NCBI GenBank assembly: GCA_054661495.1
Contig: BAAFSQ010000130.1
Location: forward strand, 1-27,958
Direction: 5' to 3'
Origin: Zygophlyctis sp. KS116
Lineage: Eukaryota > Fungi > Chytridiomycota
Length of the DNA stretch: 27,958 nucleotides
The notes under the pieces were generated by a model, which did not search any database, was not told the DNA's origin, and saw only the letters and a program-made list of their open reading frames with translations. Of the stretch, positions 1 to 13,079 are shown in pieces. The translations under genes and the position numbers were made by a program. Position 1 is the first letter of the stretch. Each line of letters begins with the position of its first letter.

Positions 1-7
1 TTTTCGT

Positions 8-80
8 GCCCGTATAGCTCAGTTGGCAGAGTGCCACTCTCGTAAAGTGGAGGTCCGCGGATCAATGCCGCGTGGGGGCA
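8..80 (+). tRNA. tRNA-Thr(CGT), intronless
   Basis: Cloverleaf read by hand. Acceptor GCCCGTA/TGGGGGC+A; D-arm GCTC..GAGT; anticodon stem CCACT/AGTGG with loop CT-CGT-AA (anticodon at 41-43); variable loop AGGTC; T-arm CGCGG-ATCAATG-CCGCG. A TTTT run at 84-87 could be the Pol III terminator. Confidence 0.93.
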
Positions 81-228
81 TACTTTTGTTGCTGTTAGAA
101 GCGTTTCCCAATAATTTTTTTCTCGTCAGTCTACAAAAAGATAAATTTTTAACCAATCAATAAGGGAACTACAGAACGGACGTATCTCAAAACAAAAAAT
201 CTAAAACTGACTTCTATTCGAAAAAACC

Positions 229-2319
229 TTATTCCTTCTTTGGGGCGTCCTTGAATTCAGCATCAATAGGCTCATCCTTTTTAGTTTCACCTTCCTTTTC
301 CGATGCTTTCTTTTCATAAACCTTTTGGAAGAGCTTGAGACTACCTTGTTGAAGTTCTGAAGACTTTTCTTTGATTGATTCAGCAGTCAAAGTATCTGGA
401 TCCTTTGCAATCATTTCACGAAGGTCAGTCATAACTGTTTTGAGATTTTCAGATTCAGTCTTGTCCAATTGATCTTTGAAATCGGCCATTGCCTTTTCAG
501 TTTCATGGATAATGGATTGAGCATGATTAGTAGCTTCAATGACTTCTTTTCTCTTTTTATCACTTTCAGCAAATCTTTCAGCATCATTAACCATATTTTG
601 GATTTCAGAATCTGATAAACCAGATGATGCAGCAATGGTGATTGATTGATCTTTGTTGGTTGCCTTGTCTTTTGCAGAAACATTGACAATACCATCAGCA
701 TCAATATCAAAAGTGACTTCAATCTGAGGAACACCACGAGGAGCAGGAGGGATTCCTACCAAATTAAATTGGCCTAGGATTTTGTTGTCTTTAACCAATT
801 CACGTTCTCCTTGGAAAACACGGATTTCAACTTGTGTTTGTCCATCAGCAGCAGTTGAGAATACTTGAGATTTCTTTGTAGGAATGGTAGTATTTCGAGT
901 GATCAAACGGGTAAATACCCCACCAAGAGTTTCAATACCCAATGATAAAGGAGTGACATCTAATAATAGAATGGAAGTCACTTCTCCTGATAGAACACCA
1001 CCTTGAACGGCAGCACCAATGGCAACAGCTTCATCAGGATTAACTGATCTTGATCCCTCTTTTCCAAAGATAGATTTGACAATTTCTTGAACCTTTGGCA
1101 TTCTAGACATACCTCCAACAAGAATAACTTCATTGATTTCTGAAATGTTAACTCCAGCATCCTTAATTGCCTTCTTACATGGCTCAATTGTTCTGTCCAT
1201 CAAGGGCTTGGTAAGAGATTCAAACTGAGAGCGAGTGAATTTCATATTGATATGTTTAGGCCCAGTAGCATCAGCAGTAATATATGGCAAGTTGATTTCA
1301 GTTTGGAGAGTGGATGAAAGTTCAACCTTTGCCTTTTCAGCAGCCTCTCTAATTCTTTGAAGAGCCATTCTATCCTTTGAGAGATCAATGGAAGATTCCT
1401 TCTTGAATTCTTTGGCAATGTGAGAAACCATTACATTATCAAAATCTTCTCCACCTAAATGAGTATCTCCATTTGTAGATTTGACCTCAAACACACCTTT
1501 TTGAATCTCAAGAATAGAGATATCAAATGTACCACCACCTAAATCATAAACAGCGACAACTTTATCAGCTCCTTCTTTATCCAATCCAAAAGCCAGAGCT
1601 GCAGCAGTAGGTTCATTAATAACTCTAAGAACATTTAGACCTGCAATAACTCCGGCATCCTTTGTGGCTTGACGCTGAGAATCATTAAAGTAAGCAGGAA
1701 CAGTAACCACTATTTATAAGTTATAATTTTTCATACCAGCATTCTTTGCAGGCTTGTTCAAAAAAGCTTCAGCAGTTTCCTTCATCTTTTGCAAAACAAA
1801 GGCACCAACTTGAGAAGGAGAATATTTTTTACCACGAGCTTCTACCCATGCATCTCCATTTGTATGTTTCACAATCTTGTAAGAAACAGTTTTAGCATCC
1901 TGTTGAACAGCTGAATCTTCAAATTTTCTTCCAATCAAACGCTTTGTGGCAAAAAGAGTATTCTCAGAATTAACAACAGCCTGTCTCTTGGCAGGGGCAC
2001 CAACAAGCAATTCACCATCCTTTGAGAATGCAACGACTGATGGAGTTGTACGACTTCCTTCAGCATTTTCAATTACTCGAGGATTTTTCCCATCCATGAC
2101 TAATAATTAACATCATTAGTTTACCAGCAACGCAAGAATTTGTAGTTCCAAGATCAACTCCAATGACTTGTCCTTGAACCTTTTCACTGTAAAATGAGTC
2201 AAATCAAGAAATACCTTAACGATCGAGCAAATGCGTTCAATGGAGAAACAATCTATAGTTAATGCACTCTGCATGCTTACTCTAAACCGGCGAGGCGACT
2301 TCAAAAGAATAGCTTGCAT
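229..2319 (-). CDS. SSC1: Mitochondrial Hsp70 (Ssc1/mortalin), ~660 aa, 5 exons
   Basis: Introns at 2253-2280, 2187-2214, 2100-2124 and 1710-1736 join the Arg/Ser-rich presequence [26 protein letters not shown] to [39 protein letters not shown] and DLGGGTFD. The mitochondrial/DnaK-type motifs GDAWV and DATGPKH are present; there is no EEVD or HDEL ending. Confidence 0.97.
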
Positions 2320-2455
2320 TTTATTTTTTTTAAAAAAATTTTAAAAATTTCTTTGTAACCCTAGAGATCTTTCTAATGACCTAGACGTGCCAGTTGAATC
2401 TTGTCCCTTTAATGTCTTGTCCGGACACATTGACCTGGATCCCTTGGTTCCACAA

Positions 2456-5400
2456 TCAGGTCAATGGCTGTTCCCAAATAGCTACAGTTTTCTCAAAGGT
2501 AGTGGCTAGATATCCAGGATCCCCGAGTAGATGCATATCAAAATTCTTTTGAGATATACCAAGGAGAGATGATGCCTCTGTGTGATGACCGGTTGGGTTA
2601 TGGGATCCTAAATTGTAATGATGACCTACAGACTCCATTTGTGTCAAGTCCCAAACTTTTACTTCGCCGTAGCGGGAACCAGAGAATAACATGTTTCCAG
2701 AGACAATTAGGCTTTTTATAGCAGTTGAATGGGCTTCAGTGACATCTAAAACTTTTAAAGTTCGAAGGTCTATTCGAGTGATTTTGCCTTTTTGGCCACC
2801 AATACATATCAAGTTTGAAGATTTGCAGTATGTTAAGATACCAAGTGATTCTAAATTATCAATTATACAGGTACGACCAGACTCTATTGGCTGAAGAAAA
2901 TCCCATAGACATAAAGAAGGTGTAGAATTCATTCCAATTGAAGCCAGGATATTTGGTGAGTTTACAAAGGTAAAATCTGTTATAGAGCTAGCATGAGCAT
3001 TATCTACAAATATATATGGTGACATATCACTTAATGAATTATCAAATTTCCAAATATTTAAATCACCCTTGGAATTGCATCCTCCAAAGCGTATACCAAA
3101 AGGGTCAAAATGTACTTTTTGGATTTTTCCTATTCCAGAAGTGTTAAATGAGCAAATCTCTTTTTCTTGACCGAATTGGTTTAAATCAACTATCTTTTCG
3201 CCTCTACCACATATATCTAAAAGATTCAATATATTACTACTTACAATAGGGGCTGAAGGGATGTGACTCCATGCATTGGATATCTGTTTGGTAATTTCGC
3301 TTAATTTTAAGCGAAGCAGCTTCGATTTCTGGCACTTGAACACCTTTTAATTAATTTACATTGTTTAAATTACGCTTTTTGAAGGCGGATGATCCAGATA
3401 TAGATGGCGAGCTTTTATGGTGACCAGAATTTGCAGATTCAGCAGCAGATCTCATGCTTAAGTTGGTTGTAGCGGTTAATGAATTTTCAGCGCTTTCTAG
3501 AAGCTTAATTGACTTGATCATTAGTAAAAATTAAACATTACATTCAAAAGTGAATTTATATCATGTTCTTGGATTGAATTATGAGAAGCAAAAGCGCAAT
3601 ATCCGCTGTCCATCTTATAGTTAATACATAGTCACAAATACCGGATTCACTACGAAACAAACAAGATCATGGTCTTTAAATATCGTCCTCCTCAGGTGAA
3701 TTTCTTTGGTCGAAGATACGGAATCACCCTTTGATTCATCTGGGTGATTTATATTGAAATTGTCCTGTGGAATATTATCCTCTTTTCGATTGAAAATTGA
3801 TTCTAAAGAGCGTCTATTGCATTTGTATTTGTGAACATATTGTTTAATAATATCCCAAAGATCTCGCTTCGCAGCATTATCAAAATATTGTCGCATATTA
3901 TCTGAATGATTAGAAATCTAGACATATTACCAAATTCTACGTTTATTTTATCAGCAGATTGGTACATTTCCTGATCTAAGTCATATAGTTTATTTGATAA
4001 ATATCGGACCATAAGTTCTAAAATTCCTACCCCATGTTCTAAAGCATGATCAGAATCCTTCAATAGCTCAAAATATTCTTCAAACCATTGAGATATTTTT
4101 TGAATACAGATCTTTTTGAGTAGCAAATTGGCAATTTGTGATTCTGGGGTATCATATAAACGTACAGGAAGCCCGTATTCATCAATATCTTCCTCATATG
4201 CATTCTCCGGTAAATCCTCTTGATCTTGCAGATCATTTATATGCTTGGCAATCTTGATTCAGTTTATGGAAGATCTTACATTGATAGTTTCATTTGAAAA
4301 TTTACCAACATGGGATAGAAAACTTTCTGGATCAATATCAAGTATTAATCTATAGCAGCGTCTGAGTAAAAAGAAATTAGAAGTGTCCAAAGAAAGAGTT
4401 ACCAGGAGCAGAAAAGGTATTAATGAAACTATGTCATCATAGTTCCCAAGCTTTAGGCCAGTTTTACGAAGTTGATGATACTCATCTAACGTGTGGCTAT
4501 ATAATTAAAAAAAAAGTTTACCATGCTTGAAGAAGATGCCGTGAAGAAACTGGAGTGTTCTTTCTTAATGGGCGGATGTTTTTTAATGCTTCCATATAGA
4601 GTAAATCAGTTAATTCAACGTCTATTTTCTCCGTATTATACAAATGAACATAGCTAGAAATAAGATTCATCTGGCTAGCGAGCTCAAAAAACAGCTCTTC
4701 TAAAAATGAAGAGTTTACTCCATATTTGGTAGAGAGCAAAGATAAACTTGCCTGTATAAGAGCAGGGTACCTACTGAGTACAGAATCCCCGCTGAAAATT
4801 TCTGCATCAGTAATGTAAGAGCGAAGAAAATTGAAACATGACGCCAAAATGCGCATTATAATACATTTCTTAAGAACGATTAATTGCCGCGTTTCAAATC
4901 CTATTCGAATAGCATCTTGCATTTCGACCACTGCGTATGAGCTATCAGAGGTGTTTCTACCATCAGTGGACTCATTTCCAACCTCCGCTAAATCCTCCAG
5001 ACCATCTTGGCTTTCAATTGAAATCGAATTTTCATTATTCTGATAATTTTGAAAAATATTATCAGAACTAGCTGCCTCTTTCTGATAATCACCAAATAAA
5101 TCAATGGATTTTACAGGAGATTTTGGGTAATCATCGAATAAATCAGCTGCCTTAGAGGATTTTTCTGGATCACTCCCAAATAAATCGTCGTAATTCTGCA
5201 CTTTAGAGCCTGTTTCGCTGATATTTAGGTCAACATTTGCATTTTCAATTCCGACCCTTTTTTCATCGCAAACTTTGGCCTCTTTAATAGATATATTTGA
5301 TAAATTTGGCAAATCAAGTAGATCGAATATATCAGTTGTAATAAGTGAACATCCTCTATGCATATATGAATCTAGACTATTCAAGTAAAATGATTGCTCT

Positions 5401-8400
5401 TGAATTTTAGTCGGCCAATTAATTGCATTTAGTCGATTTTTGATGTAAAACCTTTTTAAATACTGATAAAGAACCAATAATGCCGGATCTAAAGTTAGCA
5501 CTAACTTTCAGCGTACCTATCTTCAACGGCACACGCCCGTTGATAGCGTGGCTACGTAGCGAATCCAAGGAAACCTACGATTTGAACTGATAGAATCTTA
5601 CCATAGTTGAAAACAGTGCATTTTCCCTTTGACCAAGCAACGTAAAGCCTACGCACAACAACCAGCGGTCTTGATTTGACAAAGATTTCTGAATCACATG
5701 TTCTTCAATTATATTTGCTAATAAAGGAGAATTATCACCTTAAATTATGCTTCTATTTAAAGATACCTTCATAAACCCGAATAATTAAAAGGGCGAGCTG
5801 GATATCCTCCAAATTTTTAATACAAACATTGACCGCATCTGTGAGCTTATCAGCCAGTAAGAAAAATGCGGCCGCGTATTCTTGAAATTATTTCATTCAT
5901 TAGTACCATAGCGTTGCTTTCCCAACAGGGCAAAAGCATTTTTGATTGCGGCAGTTTTCCATCGGTCTTCTTCAAAATTATTCGCTAAAAACTTCAACAT
6001 CATTTGCTGGTCTGGATGGCCAGAACTAACTTTCCATAGCCCTAATAAAACAGATTTCTTCTTTAAAGCCAAATAAAAAAGCGAGCAGTCTACCGGATCT
6101 CTCTTATCATTAACCATATAATGATTTCTTGCGAGCATTTCTACTTGACGAACCTAAAAGGTTAAACCATTCAATAAGATACAGCTATATCTGACGTTGA
6201 CAACCAATAACCGTATCCAAATTTACGTGCTATATTCCATGTAATTTTATTATCAAATTCAGCCGTAAGATTCTTCAAAATCACTTCCTTGGACTCACTA
6301 AAAGTGGCCCATGCGATTTCCTTTGAAAAATTCGAATCAATTTTAGTTTTTGATTTGATAGATGAACACTCCATCTGCATAAACACAACTGCACGTATGC
6401 CATTTTCATCTAATGCGTGAGAAAGAGGTCCAATCTAAAATTATCCAAGTTAAACTTACGCTAACCAATGAATCAATCAAAGAAAAAAGATGATTTTTTT
6501 CAAATTCATCCAGACCCAAAACTTCATGATTGCAGAGCCTCGCTTTTAATTCAATTGCCGTATTTTCATCGAATATACCGATTTCCCTGTCAAATTAATC
6601 TCATTTGTAAAAATTTACGATTTAGTCTGATGATTTGTATCAAAAAGGTTAGTGTATGAGTCATGCATGACAATCCCCGAGTTATCACCAATATTGAAAG
6701 TTTTCCATAATGGAGTTGGAGTATATAATATGCTCTTTGAATTTTCTTCCATAAGCTGCAAATATCTATTCAATAAAGATAATTCATATTTGACTAATTC
6801 ATGCTTATCTATAATATTAATTAGAGACCATCTTACTCCAAATCAGATATTCTTTCAATAATATAGGATGAAAACTTGGCAAAGCACCGTCCAAATGAGA
6901 AGCCAATTCAAAAAGACTTTCTTCTAAAGCTTCCGTATCTGTCGGCACATCGCTATTTTTCAAAAGCCCACGTCGAAAGAATTTTTCAATTATAATATTC
7001 TTTTTGGTGCATGCAACAAACAGTTTTCCATTGGCCAGCCATTTAATAAGAGTGAATTCATCATTTTGATTTTGGTCTTTGGAATATATTTTCGTCCATC
7101 GGCCAGAAGCTAATGAGTCCTTTGGCAAGTTGCTGCAAAACACCGAGACATTGCGGGATGTTGCAACTGCCAGCAACGGTATTCCATGGCCAGTTAGAAA
7201 CCAATCAACAGAAATAATGCTTTCACTAGTATTTAGTAATTTAATAAAAGAACCTAAAAAGTAGCGTCGCATCTTCCAGGAATGAGAGGGCATCATTATT
7301 AGACTGCCAAATAGTTAAGCGATCACTATTTACTGTACTTACGTATCCAATCCTCCCAAAGTGAAATAATTCAGCATCAGGTATCTGTTGTTCTAGAACA
7401 GTAATACATTCAACAGTTTCTTGTGATAATTCTTTCAGTATTCCACGCCATCCTAAGTGCCAACATTTCAATACTCCTGTAGAACTAAGGGTTCCGAAAA
7501 GGTACGGTCCGATGTTATAATCCTGTCTTTTTTCAAAAAAAGTTGCTCTTCGAATACAAATACAATCATCCGTACCAACCGGCACACGCTTCTTAAGAAT
7601 TTGTCGTATAGAGATAGTGTTTAATTCCGCATGATTATCAATCACCCACAAGTAAACATAGAGATCGGGTTTGTTTGTGACACCTAAAATATACTCTACG
7701 CCATCTTCCAAATATGTAGAAATAAAACTAAAATTTTCTGAATCATCTATTCCTGGCAAACTCAAAACAAGCTCACAACTAGTGCAAGAAACGTGATAAA
7801 CGCCAATAGACGATCCGAAACCACAAATCAAGTGAGTATCTAATTTTAAATAAATGAAAAAAATTATACCATCTCGCATCCAGGTAAATACAGGATTTCC
7901 AATCTTTAAATTTGATGAAATCATAGAAATATAAAAAAGCTGATAACCAATAACCTGATAGACTTCAATATTTACACCATCTGTTAAAACCACAAATCTA
8001 GATTCTGGAGAAGATCTGACTCTGATTATCTTATCTACAGGGCCTTCCCAGCTATGCAGTAGATTTGCCCGAACAATTCTATAAGATGAACCACAAAGAT
8101 CATCCAATGGCAAATTATAAGATCTTAAATGAAAAGTCTTTAAATCCTGTACAATCATTTGAAGTTCTGCAGGAAAATAATTTCCTTTGATTTTAAATCT
8201 TTAAATAATACCTGATTTATTAATCAGAGTCGGATTATAGAAAATTGAAGCTTTCCCAGTAAAGAACCTAGAGTCTACACTTGAAAATGATTTTTCAGTC
8301 TTCATGATTAAATGAACTTTGGGAACATGATTCACTTTTAAATTCTAAAAAATCAGAATTTCCTATAGTACTTACCTGAATTCCCCAAACCGATAAAGTA

Positions 8401-9330
8401 CCATCATGCCCTATATGCATAATCATATCTGGAAATTCTCTAATATGTTTCTTTAAACGAGCACATTTCCCCTTGTAAGACTCTCTTTCATCTCCTTTTT
8501 GCCTTAATACATTATTCCTATGTATAAAAGCCAAACAAACATCCGAAGCTTCCAGCCAATGACATACAAATGGATTCAATTGACTTACTAATAGATCTGG
8601 TCTAAGAGTAATATGAGCACAAACACTAAAATTCCCAGTTGAATCTAATGGTAAGAATATAATATTTACCATAAATCCATATTCTACAGATTGCATCTAC
8701 TGAATTTGTCATGATTATATTTTCTTGAGAATCCATTGCTCTCCTCCATGAACATGAAATCACTGAATACGAATGTTTCAAATTATATTCTTTCCATTCA
8801 TCCATTGATTGTACATATATTTTTAGAGAATTCTAAATGTTTAATAGAGACTATTACATTTGATAATGCAGCAAACATATCCCCATTATCATTAAATTCC
8901 AGATATGAAACATGATCAGATAAAATATTTGATTGCCATGACAGTAATACATTTTCCTTACATGTATAATTTACTAGACGATCTTGATCTTTGGCAATAA
9001 CAAGAAGTGGACTCGACCGCGCCCATGTAATTGCCGTCAATTCCCCAACTGTCAAGGTGCTTTTCAACACCCAATTGTCTGTAGAGCAATAATAAATAAA
9101 AAGCTGTTGATTTGATGATACTGCCAACTATTCTAATTAGCTTCAATATTTACCCATTTTCCATCTTGCCCAGCAGTTATCGCAGTTAACGTTGGCTCAA
9201 CTTGAAATTCCAATGACCAAACAAGTTCATAATTCTCATACACATTGACTGCATTACCACAACTAAAGCTCATCCATGACTCTGAAACACTCACTAAAAA
9301 CGGATTAGGCGATGGAATCAACGCCAACAT
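2456..9330 (-). CDS. RAV1: RAVE subunit Rav1 / rabconnectin-3alpha (DMXL)-like WD40 protein, ~2087 aa, 23 exons
   Basis: 22 GT-AG introns of 25-32 nt give one continuous frame from ATG 9330 to TGA 2456. Rav1p_C hallmarks: LPSFHPILLKEYLIW, LDENG, DPVDCSLFYLALKKK..L.GLWK, FLANNFEEDRWKTAAIKNAFALLGKQRYEYAAAFFLLA. WD40 repeats at both the N- and C-terminus. Confidence 0.9.
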
Positions 9331-9359
9331 TTTATTTTCTATCAAAATCAATCGCGATT

Positions 9360-9941
<582 letters not shown>

Positions 9942-9965
9942 TTCTACCTTTTTTTTAAAGAGATT

Positions 9966-10025
9966 CCTAGTCCACTTGCTGGCTATTAAACCCACTTCAC
10001 TGCCTAGTTAAACCCACTACCTGGC
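9966..10025 (-). repeat. Triplicated ~21-nt motif upstream of cyclophilin
   Basis: Minus strand reads GCCAGGTAGTGGGTTTAA / GCAGTGAAGTGGGTTTAA / GCCAGCAAGTGGA. On the plus strand, TTAAACCCACT is exact at 9986-9996 and 10008-10018. Confidence 0.7.
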
Positions 10026-10075
10026 TCTCAGTGCTAAATGTTATAGATGGATAAATTTCTCTTTTTTAAATACAC

Positions 10076-11832
<1,757 letters not shown>

Positions 11833-11903
11833 TTTGAAGGCTTACGGTCGAGGCTTGTCGGCGCTGACGTTTTACTTGAGTGATTCACCGCCCTTCCTTC
11901 CTA

Positions 11904-11998
11904 CCCTTGCTGTTGGACGCTGTTGTACCCTTCCTATTGTACGCTGTTGCACCCGCCCTATTGCACACTGGCGTACGCTGTTGCACGTACACGGTTGT
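11904..11998. repeat. GC-rich imperfect tandem repeat in the UGP1/BOL2 divergent spacer
   Basis: ACGCTGTTGY at 11917, 11941 and 11975; ACCC..CCTATTGY at 11927 and 11951 (24-nt period). Confidence 0.85.
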
Positions 11999-12021
11999 AT
12001 CCTAAAGCCAACCAAAGACTT

Positions 12022-12270
12022 ATGCCATCAATTCAACAAATTTCAGACGAATTAAACAAGAATTTAGCTATTTCTACTCTAAAAATCAATGACATCTCAT
12101 CAGGATGTGGACAGTCTTTTGATTTAATAATTGTTTCAAAGGATTTTGAAGATTTGAATTTACTAAAGAGACAAAGGCGAGTAAATACAATTTTAAAAGA
12201 TTTAATGACTGAAATTCATGCTCTGACAATGAAAACTTGGACTCCAAAAGAATGGGAAGAAAAACAATAA
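12022..12270 (+). CDS. BOL2: BolA2 (Bol2/Fra2)-like protein, 82 aa, intronless
   Basis: DISSGCGQSFDLIIVSKDFE..LLKRQRRVN..L...IHALTMKTWTP matches BolA, including the GCG cysteine and IHA histidine typical of the BolA2 class. First ATG is at 12022; the ORF-track upstream extension starts at a non-ATG codon inside a repeat. Confidence 0.88.
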   Translation: MPSIQQISDELNKNLAISTLKINDISSGCGQSFDLIIVSKDFEDLNLLKRQRRVNTILKDLMTEIHALTMKTWTPKEWEEKQ

Positions 12271-12272
12271 AT

Positions 12273-12950
12273 TCATTTTTTAGGCTTGAGAAATGGATGA
12301 GATCTTTCCAAGATTCTTTTTGCTGCACTAGATCTTCCACTGCTAGATCTCTTTTCCCTTGATTTTGCTTTTTCTGCCAATTGTATTCCAATCAAGTCTC
12401 TTATAGGAGTTGGTGGTATTTTAAATCCAGGAGTTTCATCTACTCTAATTGGAGTTCCTTCTATAGATCCCCATGTCATTAATTCTGATGGATCAAAAAC
12501 TGATCCAGGTGCAATACTAGGAGTATTTGGAACTAGATCAAATTCAGTCTGGTTTTTAGATTTATCTAAAAGTGAACTTGGAGGAGGCATAGAGTTTAGA
12601 TCCAATCTAGTATTTGAATGATGAATAGTCTTTTTAAAAGAATTTGGTTTAATTTCATCTATTCCTTCTGGTCCAAAAATTAGATTATTTTTTAGTGGTT
12701 CTATCCGATCTCCACAAGAAAGTAATTTCTGTTGGTAAAATGGTTTAATTCTTGCTGATCTTTCGGCATTGTTTTTTTGTATTATTTGGTTAAAAGAATG
12801 ATTATCTTGAGATGTGTATTTTGTTTGAAATTGGTCTAGTGATAGATGCACAGTTGAGTCGTTTGAAGGTAGTCCAGGATAAAAGTCTCTAGCAATGATA
12901 TTAGACAATGAGTCAATGTATTCTTCTTCTTCCAAGACTTTTTTTGACAT
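12273..12950 (-). CDS. ESS2: Splicing factor ESS2/DGCR14 (nuclear protein Es2), compact 225 aa, intronless
   Basis: Motifs VLEEEEYIDSLSNIIARDFYP, LSLDQFQTKYTSQDNHSF, TPSIAPG, LMTWGSIEGTP and FKIPPTPIRD match the Es2 family. Confidence 0.88.
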   Translation of the reverse strand: MSKKVLEEEEYIDSLSNIIARDFYPGLPSNDSTVHLSLDQFQTKYTSQDNHSFNQIIQKNNAERSARIKPFYQQKLLSCGDRIEPLKNNLIFGPEGIDEIKPNSFKKTIHHSNTRLDLNSMPPPSSLLDKSKNQTEFDLVPNTPSIAPGSVFDPSELMTWGSIEGTPIRVDETPGFKIPPTPIRDLIGIQLAEKAKSREKRSSSGRSSAAKRILERSHPFLKPKK

Positions 12951-13079
12951 TTTTATTTAGTATTAAATTTACACTTTTTATGCTAAATATTTGTATAAAA
13001 AGATTAGACTCAAAATTCCAAGGTTACAGATCAATGGTACAAAGTATTGGCCCGACAGGTCGCGTTTGGGAATTTAGAA

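Noticed and set aside
2345-2380. Possible heat-shock element upstream of SSC1
   Set aside because: It does not form three properly alternating nGAAn units.
4352-4392. Intron-like GTAACT...CTAAT...CAG stretch near 4352-4402 in RAV1
   Set aside because: The frame is open through it, and removing it (41 nt) would shift the frame into a stop, so I treated it as exon.
5489-5601. GC-rich hairpin (TCAACGG-CACACGC-CCGTTGA) that looked like an ncRNA inside a ~100-nt intron of RAV1
   Set aside because: A single intron breaks the frame. Two introns (5575-5601 and 5489-5516) flanking a 58-nt coding exon (VSLDSLRSHAINGRVPLKI) restore it exactly, so the hairpin is exonic.
11834-12055. ORFs across the repeat (Cys-rich RCCT peptide; YCTL extension of BolA)
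   Set aside because: They start at non-ATG codons, and the peptide periodicity simply reflects the DNA repeat.
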